DNA from: Candidatus Melainabacteria bacterium | GTDB lineage: Bacteria > Cyanobacteriota > Vampirovibrionia > LMEP-6097 | Assembly (NCBI GenBank): GCA_028817775.1 | Contig: JAPPOW010000214.1 | Span: 1 to 33,922, forward strand | Direction: 5' to 3' | DNA length: 33,922 bases | In this document: one piece after another, positions 18,611 to 27,003 of the stretch | Numbering within the stretch: the stretch's first letter is position 1 | Layout of the letters: each line of letters opens with the position of its first letter | The notes under the pieces: generated by a model | Database searches by the model: none | The model's input: the letters and a program-made list of their open reading frames with translations, nothing else | Told to the model about the DNA's origin: nothing | Made by a program: the position numbers and the translations under genes

Positions 18611-19702
18611 ATGGGTCTTGACCTAAATCTTAAAGATGTTGCTGGAGCTGCAATTGCTTCGCTGGCTAATAGTGTGCCAGTGGTTTCTACTGCTGCAGAA
18701 TTCTTGAGTAGATTGGATGACACAAGAGACCGAAACCAAGTCGTCGATAGATTACATAGAGTAGAAACGGAGATGGATGCCTTGCTCAATGGTTGCCATG
18801 AAGATCAAATGGATCGAGGTGCTTTGGTGAATAGAATGCGTCAGATGCTAGAAACTCAGCAACGCCACAATGCAATAGTTTGTGGAGGTTTGATTAGTGA
18901 CACCACTCACTATGAAACTATGCGTAAGCATCCAGACATGTTTGGTGAACCCTTAACAATGGATTCTCAAACTGAATATGATCCAGACAATGTTCACTTG
19001 ATGATTCAAGATCCAGATGGTAATCCGATGATGTTGAAGATGCCAGTGTTTTCATTTTTTCAATTGATCTTTGAGAAAACTAATAGAACTGAAACCAAAA
19101 CTCTTAATGGTGATGGAGTTGTTTCTAAACCAGTAATGCTTGAGATTGAAGATATTGAACCAGGTACTGCTCTATTCATCTGTACTCAAGAGAAAGCTAA
19201 TGATCCACAGGTGCGAAAATTAATTGATGGACTCAAAGATACTTATGGTATCAATGTTGTATTCCCAGAGCAATTGATTCCTCCTGGCTTTTTTAGGTAT
19301 GAAGCTTATGACAAGATTGCACACTTGCTACACGAAAAACAGTTGAGACCGTTTTTGATTGCAGACGGAGATATTCAAACTCATGAAGAGTATCGAATTG
19401 TTAGTCAAATGCAGCAGTTATTCCAAGGATATGGTGTTATGCCTGTTGTTCATCATGACGATATTGGAAAAGATATAGATGGGATTGGTGATTATAACGG
19501 TAATGTCACGTGGAACACCGCAGCAGCTTATACAGTAGATCGTAAAATGACACCTGAAAAAATTCGTATCTTTGCTTCAGCGATTCTTGGTATTCGTCCT
19601 TATGAATTAGAGAGAATGGAGAAACGAGGTATTACTGACTTTAAACCATATATGCAGGGTGTTGATAATCTTAGAGAGGAGCCTCCTGAGTCGAAGCTTT
19701 GA
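18611..19702 (+). CDS. Hypothetical protein with divergent C-terminal TIR-like domain
   Basis: LFICTQEKANDPQVRKLIDGLKDTYGINVVFPEQLIPPG resembles the TIR betaA-alphaA-betaB-BB loop. Later HEEYRIV...GVMPVV. Confidence 0.55.
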   Translation: MGLDLNLKDVAGAAIASLANSVPVVSTAAEFLSRLDDTRDRNQVVDRLHRVETEMDALLNGCHEDQMDRGALVNRMRQMLETQQRHNAIVCGGLISDTTHYETMRKHPDMFGEPLTMDSQTEYDPDNVHLMIQDPDGNPMMLKMPVFSFFQLIFEKTNRTETKTLNGDGVVSKPVMLEIEDIEPGTALFICTQEKANDPQVRKLIDGLKDTYGINVVFPEQLIPPGFFRYEAYDKIAHLLHEKQLRPFLIADGDIQTHEEYRIVSQMQQLFQGYGVMPVVHHDDIGKDIDGIGDYNGNVTWNTAAAYTVDRKMTPEKIRIFASAILGIRPYELERMEKRGITDFKPYMQGVDNLREEPPESKL

Positions 19703-19867
19703 TCTTATTGGCATTTAGAAACTAGTGTTTGACTTTGCGTTCCGATCCCGTGCGGCGCCACTCTGAAGGCGCCGCTTTACTGGTACCCGCACACAGTTAG
19801 CTGGCTCCGCCAGCTATAATCGTTCTAGACTCCCGCACGAAGCATAAGGGCTTCGATCTCGATAGAA

Positions 19868-19944
19868 TGGTCGGGGTGGCAGGATTTGAACCTACGACCT
19901 CTTCGTCCCAAGCGAAGCGCTCTACCAAGCTGAGCCACACCCCG
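19868..19944 (-). tRNA. tRNA-Pro (anticodon UGG), encoded CCA
   Basis: cggggtgtggctcagcttggtagagcgcttcgctTGGgacgaagaggtcgtaggttcaaatcctgccaccccgacca folds into a full cloverleaf. Confidence 0.96.
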
Positions 19945-20032
19945 GCCGACCTTGCCTTTTCGCGCTTCGAAAGCGAAGCATCTTCTTGTGTCGTCGCACT
20001 GACGTGCTCCTACCAAGCTGAGCCACACCCCG
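19945..20032 (-). pseudogene. Degenerate tRNA-Pro copy immediately upstream of the intact tRNA
   Basis: 20010-20032 is identical to 19922-19944 (23 bp). A collapsed anticodon stem gcttcg-cttt-cgaagc and aggtcg remain. No T arm. Confidence 0.65.
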
Positions 20033-20139
20033 ATTAGACAGTGTCTTGGGAATCCCGAAAAGGCTCTGTAATTATACTAAAGAGCCTGTGAAATATAGCA
20101 ATTTTTAGAATTTAATCGATTTCCTGAGCGTATTACTGA

Positions 20140-20592
20140 TTAGAAAAATCTTTCTACTTGAGTCGGTGGGGTATTAGTCATCGCGTAAGCACCAGCATTA
20201 GCCCATGCCTCTTGTGCTGCTAGCACAGTTTCTTGAGCTCGTAATTGTCCCATGGCAAATGATTGTTGTAAGAAAGCATTGGCAATCCCACCAAGGAAGC
20301 CACCGCCACCACTCGAGCTTCTACCACCATAAAGTCCAGCTGCACCAGGTACTCCAAAACCAAAGCCACCGATACCACCGAGTCCGGCAGTACCAAAACC
20401 ACCAGCTCCGCCGAAGCCTCCAATACCTCCAAAACCAGGTGAACCAAAACCACCGATGCCACCAAAGCCACCGCCGAATCCACCAATACCTTGGTTACCA
20501 ACGAAACTTGGGCCACGAAAACCACCAAAGCCTCCTAGGCCAGCGCCTGCAAAGCTTGATGCAAAACTTGGATTAAATGATGAATTAAACAT
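20140..20592 (-). CDS. Gly/Phe-rich low-complexity protein (GGFG repeats) with helical C-terminus
   Basis: About 90 aa of GGFGG/GGIGG repeats. Starts 7 nt after the birA stop. Confidence 0.75.
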   Translation of the reverse strand: MFNSSFNPSFASSFAGAGLGGFGGFRGPSFVGNQGIGGFGGGFGGIGGFGSPGFGGIGGFGGAGGFGTAGLGGIGGFGFGVPGAAGLYGGRSSSGGGGFLGGIANAFLQQSFAMGQLRAQETVLAAQEAWANAGAYAMTNTPPTQVERFF

Positions 20593-20599
20593 CTCTGGG

Positions 20600-21133
20600 C
20601 TAATTAGAACAAGCCAGCTTTAAGAACTGGTTAAGAAACTCTTCTTCACCAAAGTCCTTGCTGCTGATTTCTTCAAGTGAAATTGGAGGGGCTTTGGGTG
20701 CTTCCACTAATGATTCTTTGATTTGCCTAGGCATTGCTTTGAGATTTAAACCAATTCCAATCAATAAATGTTCTTTATATATCTCAACTAAAATCCCAGC
20801 AAGTTTGCAGTCATTGTAGTAGATATCATTGATCGGTTTGATATAGTAATCGGCTGGATACAGCTGCTTGAGAGTGTTTAGAGCTTGCTCTGCAAAGCCT
20901 TGTGTCATCCTGAGCGCTTCTTGCGCGTCAGGATCTCCTTGCTGCAACTCAGTGATGATAGTTGTATATAAACCAGCCCTGGGAGGAGAAGCCCAAGACT
21001 TACCATACTGCCCGCGACCAGCACTTTGTTCTTCGGTGATGATACAAGTAGGTAGCTCTAAATCACCCTTGTCTATCAAGCGTTTGGCTTCATTTTGACT
21101 TGAGTCAAGAATTTGATATCGCAAGAACTGCAC
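20600..21133 (-). CDS. birA: Biotin--[acetyl-CoA carboxylase] ligase (catalytic domain only)
   Basis: SSQ, EEQSAGRGQYGKSWASP, IKPINDI, KLAGILVE and IGIGLN motifs. No HTH or C-terminal SH3-like domain. Confidence 0.88.
   Translation of the reverse strand: MQFLRYQILDSSQNEAKRLIDKGDLELPTCIITEEQSAGRGQYGKSWASPPRAGLYTTIITELQQGDPDAQEALRMTQGFAEQALNTLKQLYPADYYIKPINDIYYNDCKLAGILVEIYKEHLLIGIGLNLKAMPRQIKESLVEAPKAPPISLEEISSKDFGEEEFLNQFLKLACSN
20903..20938. repeat. Single family A REP unit inserted in frame in birA
   Basis: Minus strand ggagatcctgacgcgcaagaagcgctcaggatgaca is 36 bp and encodes GDPDAQEALRMT. It matches the right arm of the intergenic copies. Confidence 0.85.
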
Positions 21134-21157
21134 CTCATGATTCTAGCTCAATTGGAC

Positions 21158-21184
21158 TAAAGTTTCTTGCCTAATTACCGATAG
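21158..21184 (+). promoter_or_regulatory. Sigma28 (FliA/SigD)-type promoter
   Basis: TAAAGTTT-N11-ACCGATAG versus consensus TAAAGTTT-N11-GCCGATAA. Ends 43 nt upstream of the ATG at 21228. Confidence 0.7.
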
Positions 21185-21227
21185 ATCTAATTGAGCAGAA
21201 AACTACACAAGCTCACAAGGAAGCACA

Positions 21228-21869
21228 ATGTCAAAAAGATTTATGGTAATAGCACTTGCTATTGCTCTGGGATTTTTAAATTTCAGCGCAACTGAAGTGG
21301 AAGCAAAGAAAAAACGCAAGAAATTAGGTTTTGAAATTCAGGATTGTACCCGCATTAAGGGGCAGCCAGATATTTATATTTGTCTCAAGGGTGAGGCTGG
21401 TGATGGGACTTTGAGCCAACGTAAGCTTAATTCAGTTAGTTCTAAAACAGTTACTCTCATTGATCGATACAAAGCTAGGGCTGCAAAAAAGAAATCTGGG
21501 GCTAGAAAGTTTTTGGAGAACGATCCATGTGTGATAGATCCAATGTCTCCTGAATGTACGGGAGAAACAGAGTCAGATCCGTGTGCTATAGATCCAATGT
21601 CTCCTGAATGTACGGGAGAAACAGAGTCAGATCCGTGTGCTATAGATCCAATGTCTCCTGAATGTACGGGAGAAACAGAGTCAGATCCGTGTGCTATAGA
21701 TCCAATGTCTCCGGAGTGTACCGGAGAGACTAGTGATCCTTGTACGATAGACCCAATGTCTCCTGAATGTACCGGGGAAACAGAATCATCAGATCCATGT
21801 ACAGTAGATCCAAGTTCACAAGCTTGCACGGACTATATGTGCACAATGGACCCAAGTACTTGCATTTAA
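21228..21869 (+). CDS. Secreted protein with basic N-domain and acidic Cys-containing tandem repeats
   Basis: Sec signal (...TEVEA|K), AAGGA SD and C-terminal DPCAIDPMSPECTGETES repeats. Confidence 0.85.
   Translation: MSKRFMVIALAIALGFLNFSATEVEAKKKRKKLGFEIQDCTRIKGQPDIYICLKGEAGDGTLSQRKLNSVSSKTVTLIDRYKARAAKKKSGARKFLENDPCVIDPMSPECTGETESDPCAIDPMSPECTGETESDPCAIDPMSPECTGETESDPCAIDPMSPECTGETSDPCTIDPMSPECTGETESSDPCTVDPSSQACTDYMCTMDPSTCI
21522..21866 (+). repeat. Coding tandem repeat, ~54-bp unit (5 full and 2 degenerate copies)
   Basis: gatccgtgtgctatagatccaatgtctcctgaatgtacgggagaaacagagtca units, with units 2 and 3 identical. Confidence 0.95.
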
Positions 21870-24373
21870 TTATTGGATTCAGAAATAGTTTCAGCTTTCA
21901 CAGCAATTTTTTTAGCTAAGCTGTGAGGGTTCAGTTTAACTGTCATTCTTGCAGAGCCATCTGCAATTTCTTCATCAGGACCAAGCGAGCCCTCCTCAAA
22001 GATAGGCTCTAAGCCTGTTGCTAACCTGCCAACAGCCATTATTGAATAGTTGGGGGCTTCAAAAATATATTTGAGATTTGGTGGCATTAAGTTTAATCTG
22101 ATCCTATATCTTGGCGCATCTCCTTCAGCTTTGGCAATTTTGTCTACCTGGATCATACGTCCCTCATTGGTGATGAATGATTTATTCTGCAACCAATCAC
22201 CAAAAGTAAACTCAATATCTTCAGAGCCCGTGTGTTGACTGACAGCATCACCCAGTGCAATTAAGAAGCGCATTAGATTTCCTTGGGTAGTACTCTCTTG
22301 AGCAGTACCAGAATACATTGCTTTGGTTACATCGTATTGTAAGGATGGATTATTGTTTAGAAAGTCTATGACTTCCTGATCAACTCTAAATCTGTCTGAA
22401 CTAGGGTTCTTGAACTTAAATGGATGTCCTGGCGCTGGAGTGGCTTTGGCAGTTGGTTTAGGACTTGGCTCTATAATAGGACTAGAGTGCAAAGTTTCCT
22501 CCGTTTTTGTTCTACCAGTTTGACTTTGTGCGGTATTGACCGGATCTTGTGCTGCTTCTGCAATAGGTTTAGCTTCGTCTTGATCACCTGTAAGAAGCGG
22601 TGTGACCATATTTGCAGCTATCATTAGTGGCACTGAGATTAATGCTACTCCAGCTAGATGGATTGGTCTTAGTCCTGAAGCTTGTGTTTCTTGATCACCT
22701 AGACCGTGGGTGATAATTTGATTTGGGATTTGTAGAGCGTGTAATCTTGGTGCAGCCAGTGTTGATTCTTGCTGATCTCGATTCTCTAAGACGTGTTGAG
22801 AAACTAGACGCCATCTTTTGGACTTGGTCTCGCCTCGAGTAAAGCTATCCAGAAATCCTTCTATCCATTGTGATTGATCTTCATCACCCGACTCTGGCAA
22901 ATGTTCTTGGAGTGCCAATTCGATAGCTTTGTGATCTCTACGCTCCAACTCAAGAGCTAGCTTATGAGCGATATAGGTTAGATTGACACTAATCTCTTTG
23001 GCGGTACCACGATTGAGCAGTGGTTGTAAGTCCTTGTGTTCATTGAGGAAACGATAGAGTGATTCTACTTCTGTGGTGCTTATAGAACTATCGCTTGATT
23101 CTTTTTGTTTAGCACCATCGAGTAGCTTCCTTAGAATGGGTAGAATACTGTCTGCTTCAACTGAATTTTCATCGAGCAGTATATTCATCGCGGCATGAAC
23201 GCTCTGACTAATATGCCCAAGGAGTTGGTCGACAAAATATTTTTGTACATGAGGAATTTGCTCGCCTGTAAGTCCACGCTTGGTCATTTCAGCCAAACCA
23301 GGTTCTGCTTCTTCGGTAGCCTCAGTTATAAGGAAGCTAAAGGTTTTACTAACACTGCCACCCAAGAATACACCGCGTGCTGTTCTTGTGGAGCCTGGCT
23401 TTTTGCTTTCTTGTGCAAGTACTTCACTTGCAAGATGTACTAGGCTCTGTTCTGGTGATACACCCCTATTGAGAAGCAATTGATCGGTTACAGTAGTTAC
23501 GGACTCATGTAGTCCACCCTGAATCTCGTCTTTTGTAGTGAGCTTGATTGGTTCATCATCAGGTCCATCTTCTGATGAAGATTCAGCTTGAAAGTCCAAT
23601 ACTATTTGACCGAGACCAGCTGAACCAGAATCTGTTCCTGCAGCTTGCCCTAGTTCGTCTATACTTGGTGCAAACTCTATTGCGTTACCTTTAGGATCTA
23701 CGGCGATAAATAAAGCTTGACCTTGATGCTCTATATCAAGAAGCTCAGAAACTATAAAGTCTGTTACGTCAACGAACTGGGCAATTTCTATAGTTTCACC
23801 GCTTGGTTTTTGCTTGATAGTGGCAAAGGCACCAACTAAGCTAACTGGTAATTTAATTTTGGCTGGAGGTTCCCCTTCGAGATCATCATTGATTATGATT
23901 TGAAAACCTTTGTCGTTTTGAGCAAGGATTTCGTTTATTGGACCAAGGGCAGATTCTACTTCAGAGAAATCCATTTCGACATTGCCGCTATGTAAGTCAA
24001 CTAGGGTTGCTGATGATACTGGTTCAAGCGCTTGGGCTGCTGGCTCTGGGGTTATATCGAGACCTGCCATTTCTTCAGCTAGTCCAACCAAGGCTCTAGC
24101 TTTGACTTGTGGATGTGTGCCATTTGCTTGGTCAATCTGTATGTCCCTGAAGCGATGCATTGCCTCCCGAGAAAATCCCACGGCATCATCTAATCCCATG
24201 TCTCTTGCCATGAGCATTAAAATTCTTGCTGCATCAAAGGGTTCACTACTCTCTTCCGTTGTATAAGGAGCAGCAGCAATTCTCATCCACTCTGCATATT
24301 CACCATTGGGTTTAGTCAGCTGACTATCGCCGCGTTTCGGAGCTTGTGGCTGAATTGATTCACTCGATACCAT
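21866..24373 (-). CDS. Large acidic orphan protein with one internal TM segment
   Basis: 835-aa ORF. TM LAGVALISVPLMIAANMV about two-thirds of the way along, then a Pro/Thr linker and a C-terminal domain. Confidence 0.8.
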   Translation of the reverse strand: MVSSESIQPQAPKRGDSQLTKPNGEYAEWMRIAAAPYTTEESSEPFDAARILMLMARDMGLDDAVGFSREAMHRFRDIQIDQANGTHPQVKARALVGLAEEMAGLDITPEPAAQALEPVSSATLVDLHSGNVEMDFSEVESALGPINEILAQNDKGFQIIINDDLEGEPPAKIKLPVSLVGAFATIKQKPSGETIEIAQFVDVTDFIVSELLDIEHQGQALFIAVDPKGNAIEFAPSIDELGQAAGTDSGSAGLGQIVLDFQAESSSEDGPDDEPIKLTTKDEIQGGLHESVTTVTDQLLLNRGVSPEQSLVHLASEVLAQESKKPGSTRTARGVFLGGSVSKTFSFLITEATEEAEPGLAEMTKRGLTGEQIPHVQKYFVDQLLGHISQSVHAAMNILLDENSVEADSILPILRKLLDGAKQKESSDSSISTTEVESLYRFLNEHKDLQPLLNRGTAKEISVNLTYIAHKLALELERRDHKAIELALQEHLPESGDEDQSQWIEGFLDSFTRGETKSKRWRLVSQHVLENRDQQESTLAAPRLHALQIPNQIITHGLGDQETQASGLRPIHLAGVALISVPLMIAANMVTPLLTGDQDEAKPIAEAAQDPVNTAQSQTGRTKTEETLHSSPIIEPSPKPTAKATPAPGHPFKFKNPSSDRFRVDQEVIDFLNNNPSLQYDVTKAMYSGTAQESTTQGNLMRFLIALGDAVSQHTGSEDIEFTFGDWLQNKSFITNEGRMIQVDKIAKAEGDAPRYRIRLNLMPPNLKYIFEAPNYSIMAVGRLATGLEPIFEEGSLGPDEEIADGSARMTVKLNPHSLAKKIAVKAETISESNN

Positions 24374-24511
24374 AATTTAGTGGAAGGTAAAGTAATACCT
24401 TGACCTTGTTTCTACTTATATTTTAGCAATTGTAAAGCTCTAATCAAGGCATCTTATCTTTTCTTCGTTTTTACTTGCCGATACCCCGAATTAATGCCAT
24501 AAATAGTAGTT

Positions 24512-25663
24512 ATGGCACTAAATTTCGACTTAGATGAAACCCAACAAGGTTTACAAAATATGGCAAGAGACTTTGCCGAGAATGAAATAAAACCTCAAGC
24601 CGAGGAGCATGATCGTGATGCAAAATTTCCGATGGAGATTGCAAAGAAGGCCCACGAACTTGGTTTGATGAATCCTGGCTTCCCTGAATATTGTGGCGGA
24701 CTTGGACTTGGTATCAAAGAAGAAGTAATTATTGCTGAAGCGATGGGAGCTGCTTGTACTGGAATTTCAACAGCGCTTGGTGCCAATATGCTCGCTGCTG
24801 CACCTTTGCTTGCTGTTGATGATGAGGGAATTAACAAACGTTTCCTAGCACCGATGATGGAAGAAGTGCTATTCGCTTCTTATGGTGTCACAGAGCCAGG
24901 TTGTGGCTCTGATGTTGCTGGTGTTAAAACTACAGCTAAGAAAGTTGGTAACGATTATGTCATCAACGGAACTAAGCAATGGATCACTGGTGCAAAATAT
25001 GCTAACTGGTTCTATGTACTAAGTTCTACTGATGCAGCAGCAGGTCACAAAGGACTAACTTGTTTTGTGATTCCCGCAGATAGTGAAGGTATTACCGTGC
25101 AGAAGAAAGAAGACATGATGGGCCAGCGTGCAAGTTCAACTCACGCTATTAGTTTTGATGATGTCAAAGTTTCTGAAGAGAACCGCTTAGGCGCTGAGGG
25201 AGAGGGATTCAAGATTTCTATGAAAGCCTTCGATAAGACTAGACCTGGGGTGGCGGCTGGTGCTTGCGGTATCATCCGCGCGGCCATGGAATACTCAAAA
25301 CAATATGCAATGGAGCGTACTAGTTTTGGAATGCCGATTGCGATGCACCAAGCAGTAAGTTTTATGGTTGCTGAGATGGCAATGAAATATGAAGCAGCGA
25401 TGTTGCTTACTTATAAATCAGCTTGGATGATTGATAATGGTACTCGCAACACCAAGTATGCTTCTTTTGCCAAGGGCTTTGCAGCGGATGCGGCGATGGA
25501 ATCAGCTACTAATGCCGTGCAAGTTTATGGTGGTTATGGTTATTCACGTGAATATCCAGTCGAGAAATTGATGCGTGATGCAAAAATATATCAAATTTAT
25601 GAGGGTACTTCTCAGATTCAACGTTTGATTATTGCTAAGGAATTGTTCTTAAGAAACGCTTGA
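24512..25663 (+). CDS. Acyl-CoA dehydrogenase (medium-chain-like)
   Basis: YGVTEPGCGSDVAG, NGTKQWIT, MGQRAS, GGYGYSREYPVEKLMRDAKIYQIYEGTSQIQR motifs. Confidence 0.95.
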   Translation: MALNFDLDETQQGLQNMARDFAENEIKPQAEEHDRDAKFPMEIAKKAHELGLMNPGFPEYCGGLGLGIKEEVIIAEAMGAACTGISTALGANMLAAAPLLAVDDEGINKRFLAPMMEEVLFASYGVTEPGCGSDVAGVKTTAKKVGNDYVINGTKQWITGAKYANWFYVLSSTDAAAGHKGLTCFVIPADSEGITVQKKEDMMGQRASSTHAISFDDVKVSEENRLGAEGEGFKISMKAFDKTRPGVAAGACGIIRAAMEYSKQYAMERTSFGMPIAMHQAVSFMVAEMAMKYEAAMLLTYKSAWMIDNGTRNTKYASFAKGFAADAAMESATNAVQVYGGYGYSREYPVEKLMRDAKIYQIYEGTSQIQRLIIAKELFLRNA

Positions 25664-25664
25664 T

Positions 25665-25751
25665 TGTCATCCTGAGGGAACGGAGTGACCGTAAGGATCC
25701 CATTGGTATTATGGGAGATCCTAACGTCGCCTGCGGCTCCTCAGGATGACA
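25665..25751. repeat. REP/RPE-like doublet, family A
   Basis: tgtcatcctgag...ctcaggatgaca, starting just after the stop codon. Confidence 0.88.
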
Positions 25752-25767
25752 TGCTAAAGTAATTCCC

Positions 25768-26841
25768 GTGCAAAGCCTAATAGGATTAAACCTGAATGAG
25801 CTTGAGAGCCTAGTGCAGGAGCTAGGTCTGGAGAAGTTTCGTGCCAAACAAATCTATAAGTGGATCTACTCTAAATCCTGCCGTGATTTTGATGAGATGA
25901 CTGATCTTTCTACCAAGGCTCGTGATTTGCTCAAAGAAAAATCTAGTATCGGTTCACTTAAATTAGTCACTAGAGAAATTAGTTCTGATGGTACTGAGAA
26001 GTTTTTGTTTGAAACTTCTCAAGGTGAGAAAATTGAATCAGTACTAATGTACTTTGAGAATGTAAATTACTCAGAGGATGAGGGTGGCAATACTCCCCCA
26101 GGTAGATATAGTGCTTGTATTAGCTCACAAGTTGGTTGTGCGGTGGCTTGTCCGTTTTGTGCAACTGGTACCCTTGGTTTCAAACGTAACTTAAGTGCTT
26201 CTGAAATTATTGAGCAAGTTTTGTTTATGCAAAATCTTAGTGAGAAACGTATTGCCAATATTGTTTATATGGGGCAAGGAGAGCCGCTTAATAACTATGA
26301 TTCAGTGCTTAAGTCAATTAAACGAATTCGTGAGGATGTAGGTATTGGAGTGCGTCATATCACCGTCTCAACTAGTGGCGTGATTCCAAAAATTGAAGCA
26401 CTGGCTACTGAAGATCTGCAAATTACACTGGCACTATCTTTGCATGACTCAACTGACCAAGGTCGGGATTACTTAGTACCAATTAATTCTAAGTGGCCTG
26501 TATTTGAAGTGATTGATTCACTTAAGGATTATGTGCGTAAGACCAAGCGTCGGGTTACTATTGAGTATGTGATGCTTGATGGGGTTAATGATAGTCTCGA
26601 CAAGGCTAAGATTTTAGGTGAACTAATCAAAGATCTACATTGCAATGTCAATCTCATTCCTTATAACTCGACTGATGTTGATGATCCATTCAAGCGTTCT
26701 AATAGCAAACGAGTGGAAGAATTCTCCAAGGTCTTGAAACAGCATTGCAAAGGTAAGACTATTACTGTTCGTAAGGAACGCGGCCATGATATCAAGGCTG
26801 CTTGTGGGCAGTTGGCGAACTCTGTGGGTTCTAAAACTTAA
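25768..26841 (+). CDS. rlmN: 23S rRNA (A2503-C2)/tRNA methyltransferase RlmN
   Basis: CISSQVGCAVACPFCATG radical-SAM motif, MGQGEP, LSLH, NLIPYN and AACGQL. Confidence 0.96.
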   Translation: MQSLIGLNLNELESLVQELGLEKFRAKQIYKWIYSKSCRDFDEMTDLSTKARDLLKEKSSIGSLKLVTREISSDGTEKFLFETSQGEKIESVLMYFENVNYSEDEGGNTPPGRYSACISSQVGCAVACPFCATGTLGFKRNLSASEIIEQVLFMQNLSEKRIANIVYMGQGEPLNNYDSVLKSIKRIREDVGIGVRHITVSTSGVIPKIEALATEDLQITLALSLHDSTDQGRDYLVPINSKWPVFEVIDSLKDYVRKTKRRVTIEYVMLDGVNDSLDKAKILGELIKDLHCNVNLIPYNSTDVDDPFKRSNSKRVEEFSKVLKQHCKGKTITVRKERGHDIKAACGQLANSVGSKT

Positions 26842-26855
26842 ATTTCTGTCATAGC

Positions 26856-26977
26856 TTATGGTCACTACGTTCCCTGCATATGGCACTACGTGCCTGCTAA
26901 ATGCTCCGCTGAAGAATACAGGCGAAGCCCTACTGCAGGAGCGTAAGCTCCATATGCAGGGAACGTAGTGACCATAA
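26856..26977. mobile_element. MITE-like inverted repeat (28-bp perfect arms, 66-nt spacer)
   Basis: 26856-26883 is the exact reverse complement of 26950-26977. Confidence 0.75.
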
Positions 26978-27003
26978 AGCCATATCAAAGTTATAATAAA
27001 AAT

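Noticed and set aside
17900-19867. Integrated island or prophage at the tRNA-Pro 3' end
   Set aside because: No integrase and no duplicated tRNA 3' end found by eye.
19825-20028. 67-aa ORF over the tRNA
   Set aside because: Overlaps tRNA-Pro and its degenerate copy, so it is almost certainly non-coding.
20061-20087. aggctct/agagcct inverted repeat around the tRNA -10 box
   Set aside because: Only 7-bp arms and a single occurrence, so an operator cannot be told from chance.
21374-21829. 151-aa antisense repeat ORF
   Set aside because: Shadow of the Cys-repeat gene, which has the promoter, SD and signal peptide.
21522-21866. Possible CRISPR array
   Set aside because: Contiguous in-frame coding repeats with no unique spacers and no cas genes.
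24455-24484. GCCGATAC as a sigma28 -10 box before the acyl-CoA dehydrogenase
   Set aside because: No TAAA at the expected 15-nt spacing.
26968-27003. GTG start of slt at 26968
   Set aside because: Lies within the inverted repeat arm. ATG 27004 has TATAAT 6 nt upstream.
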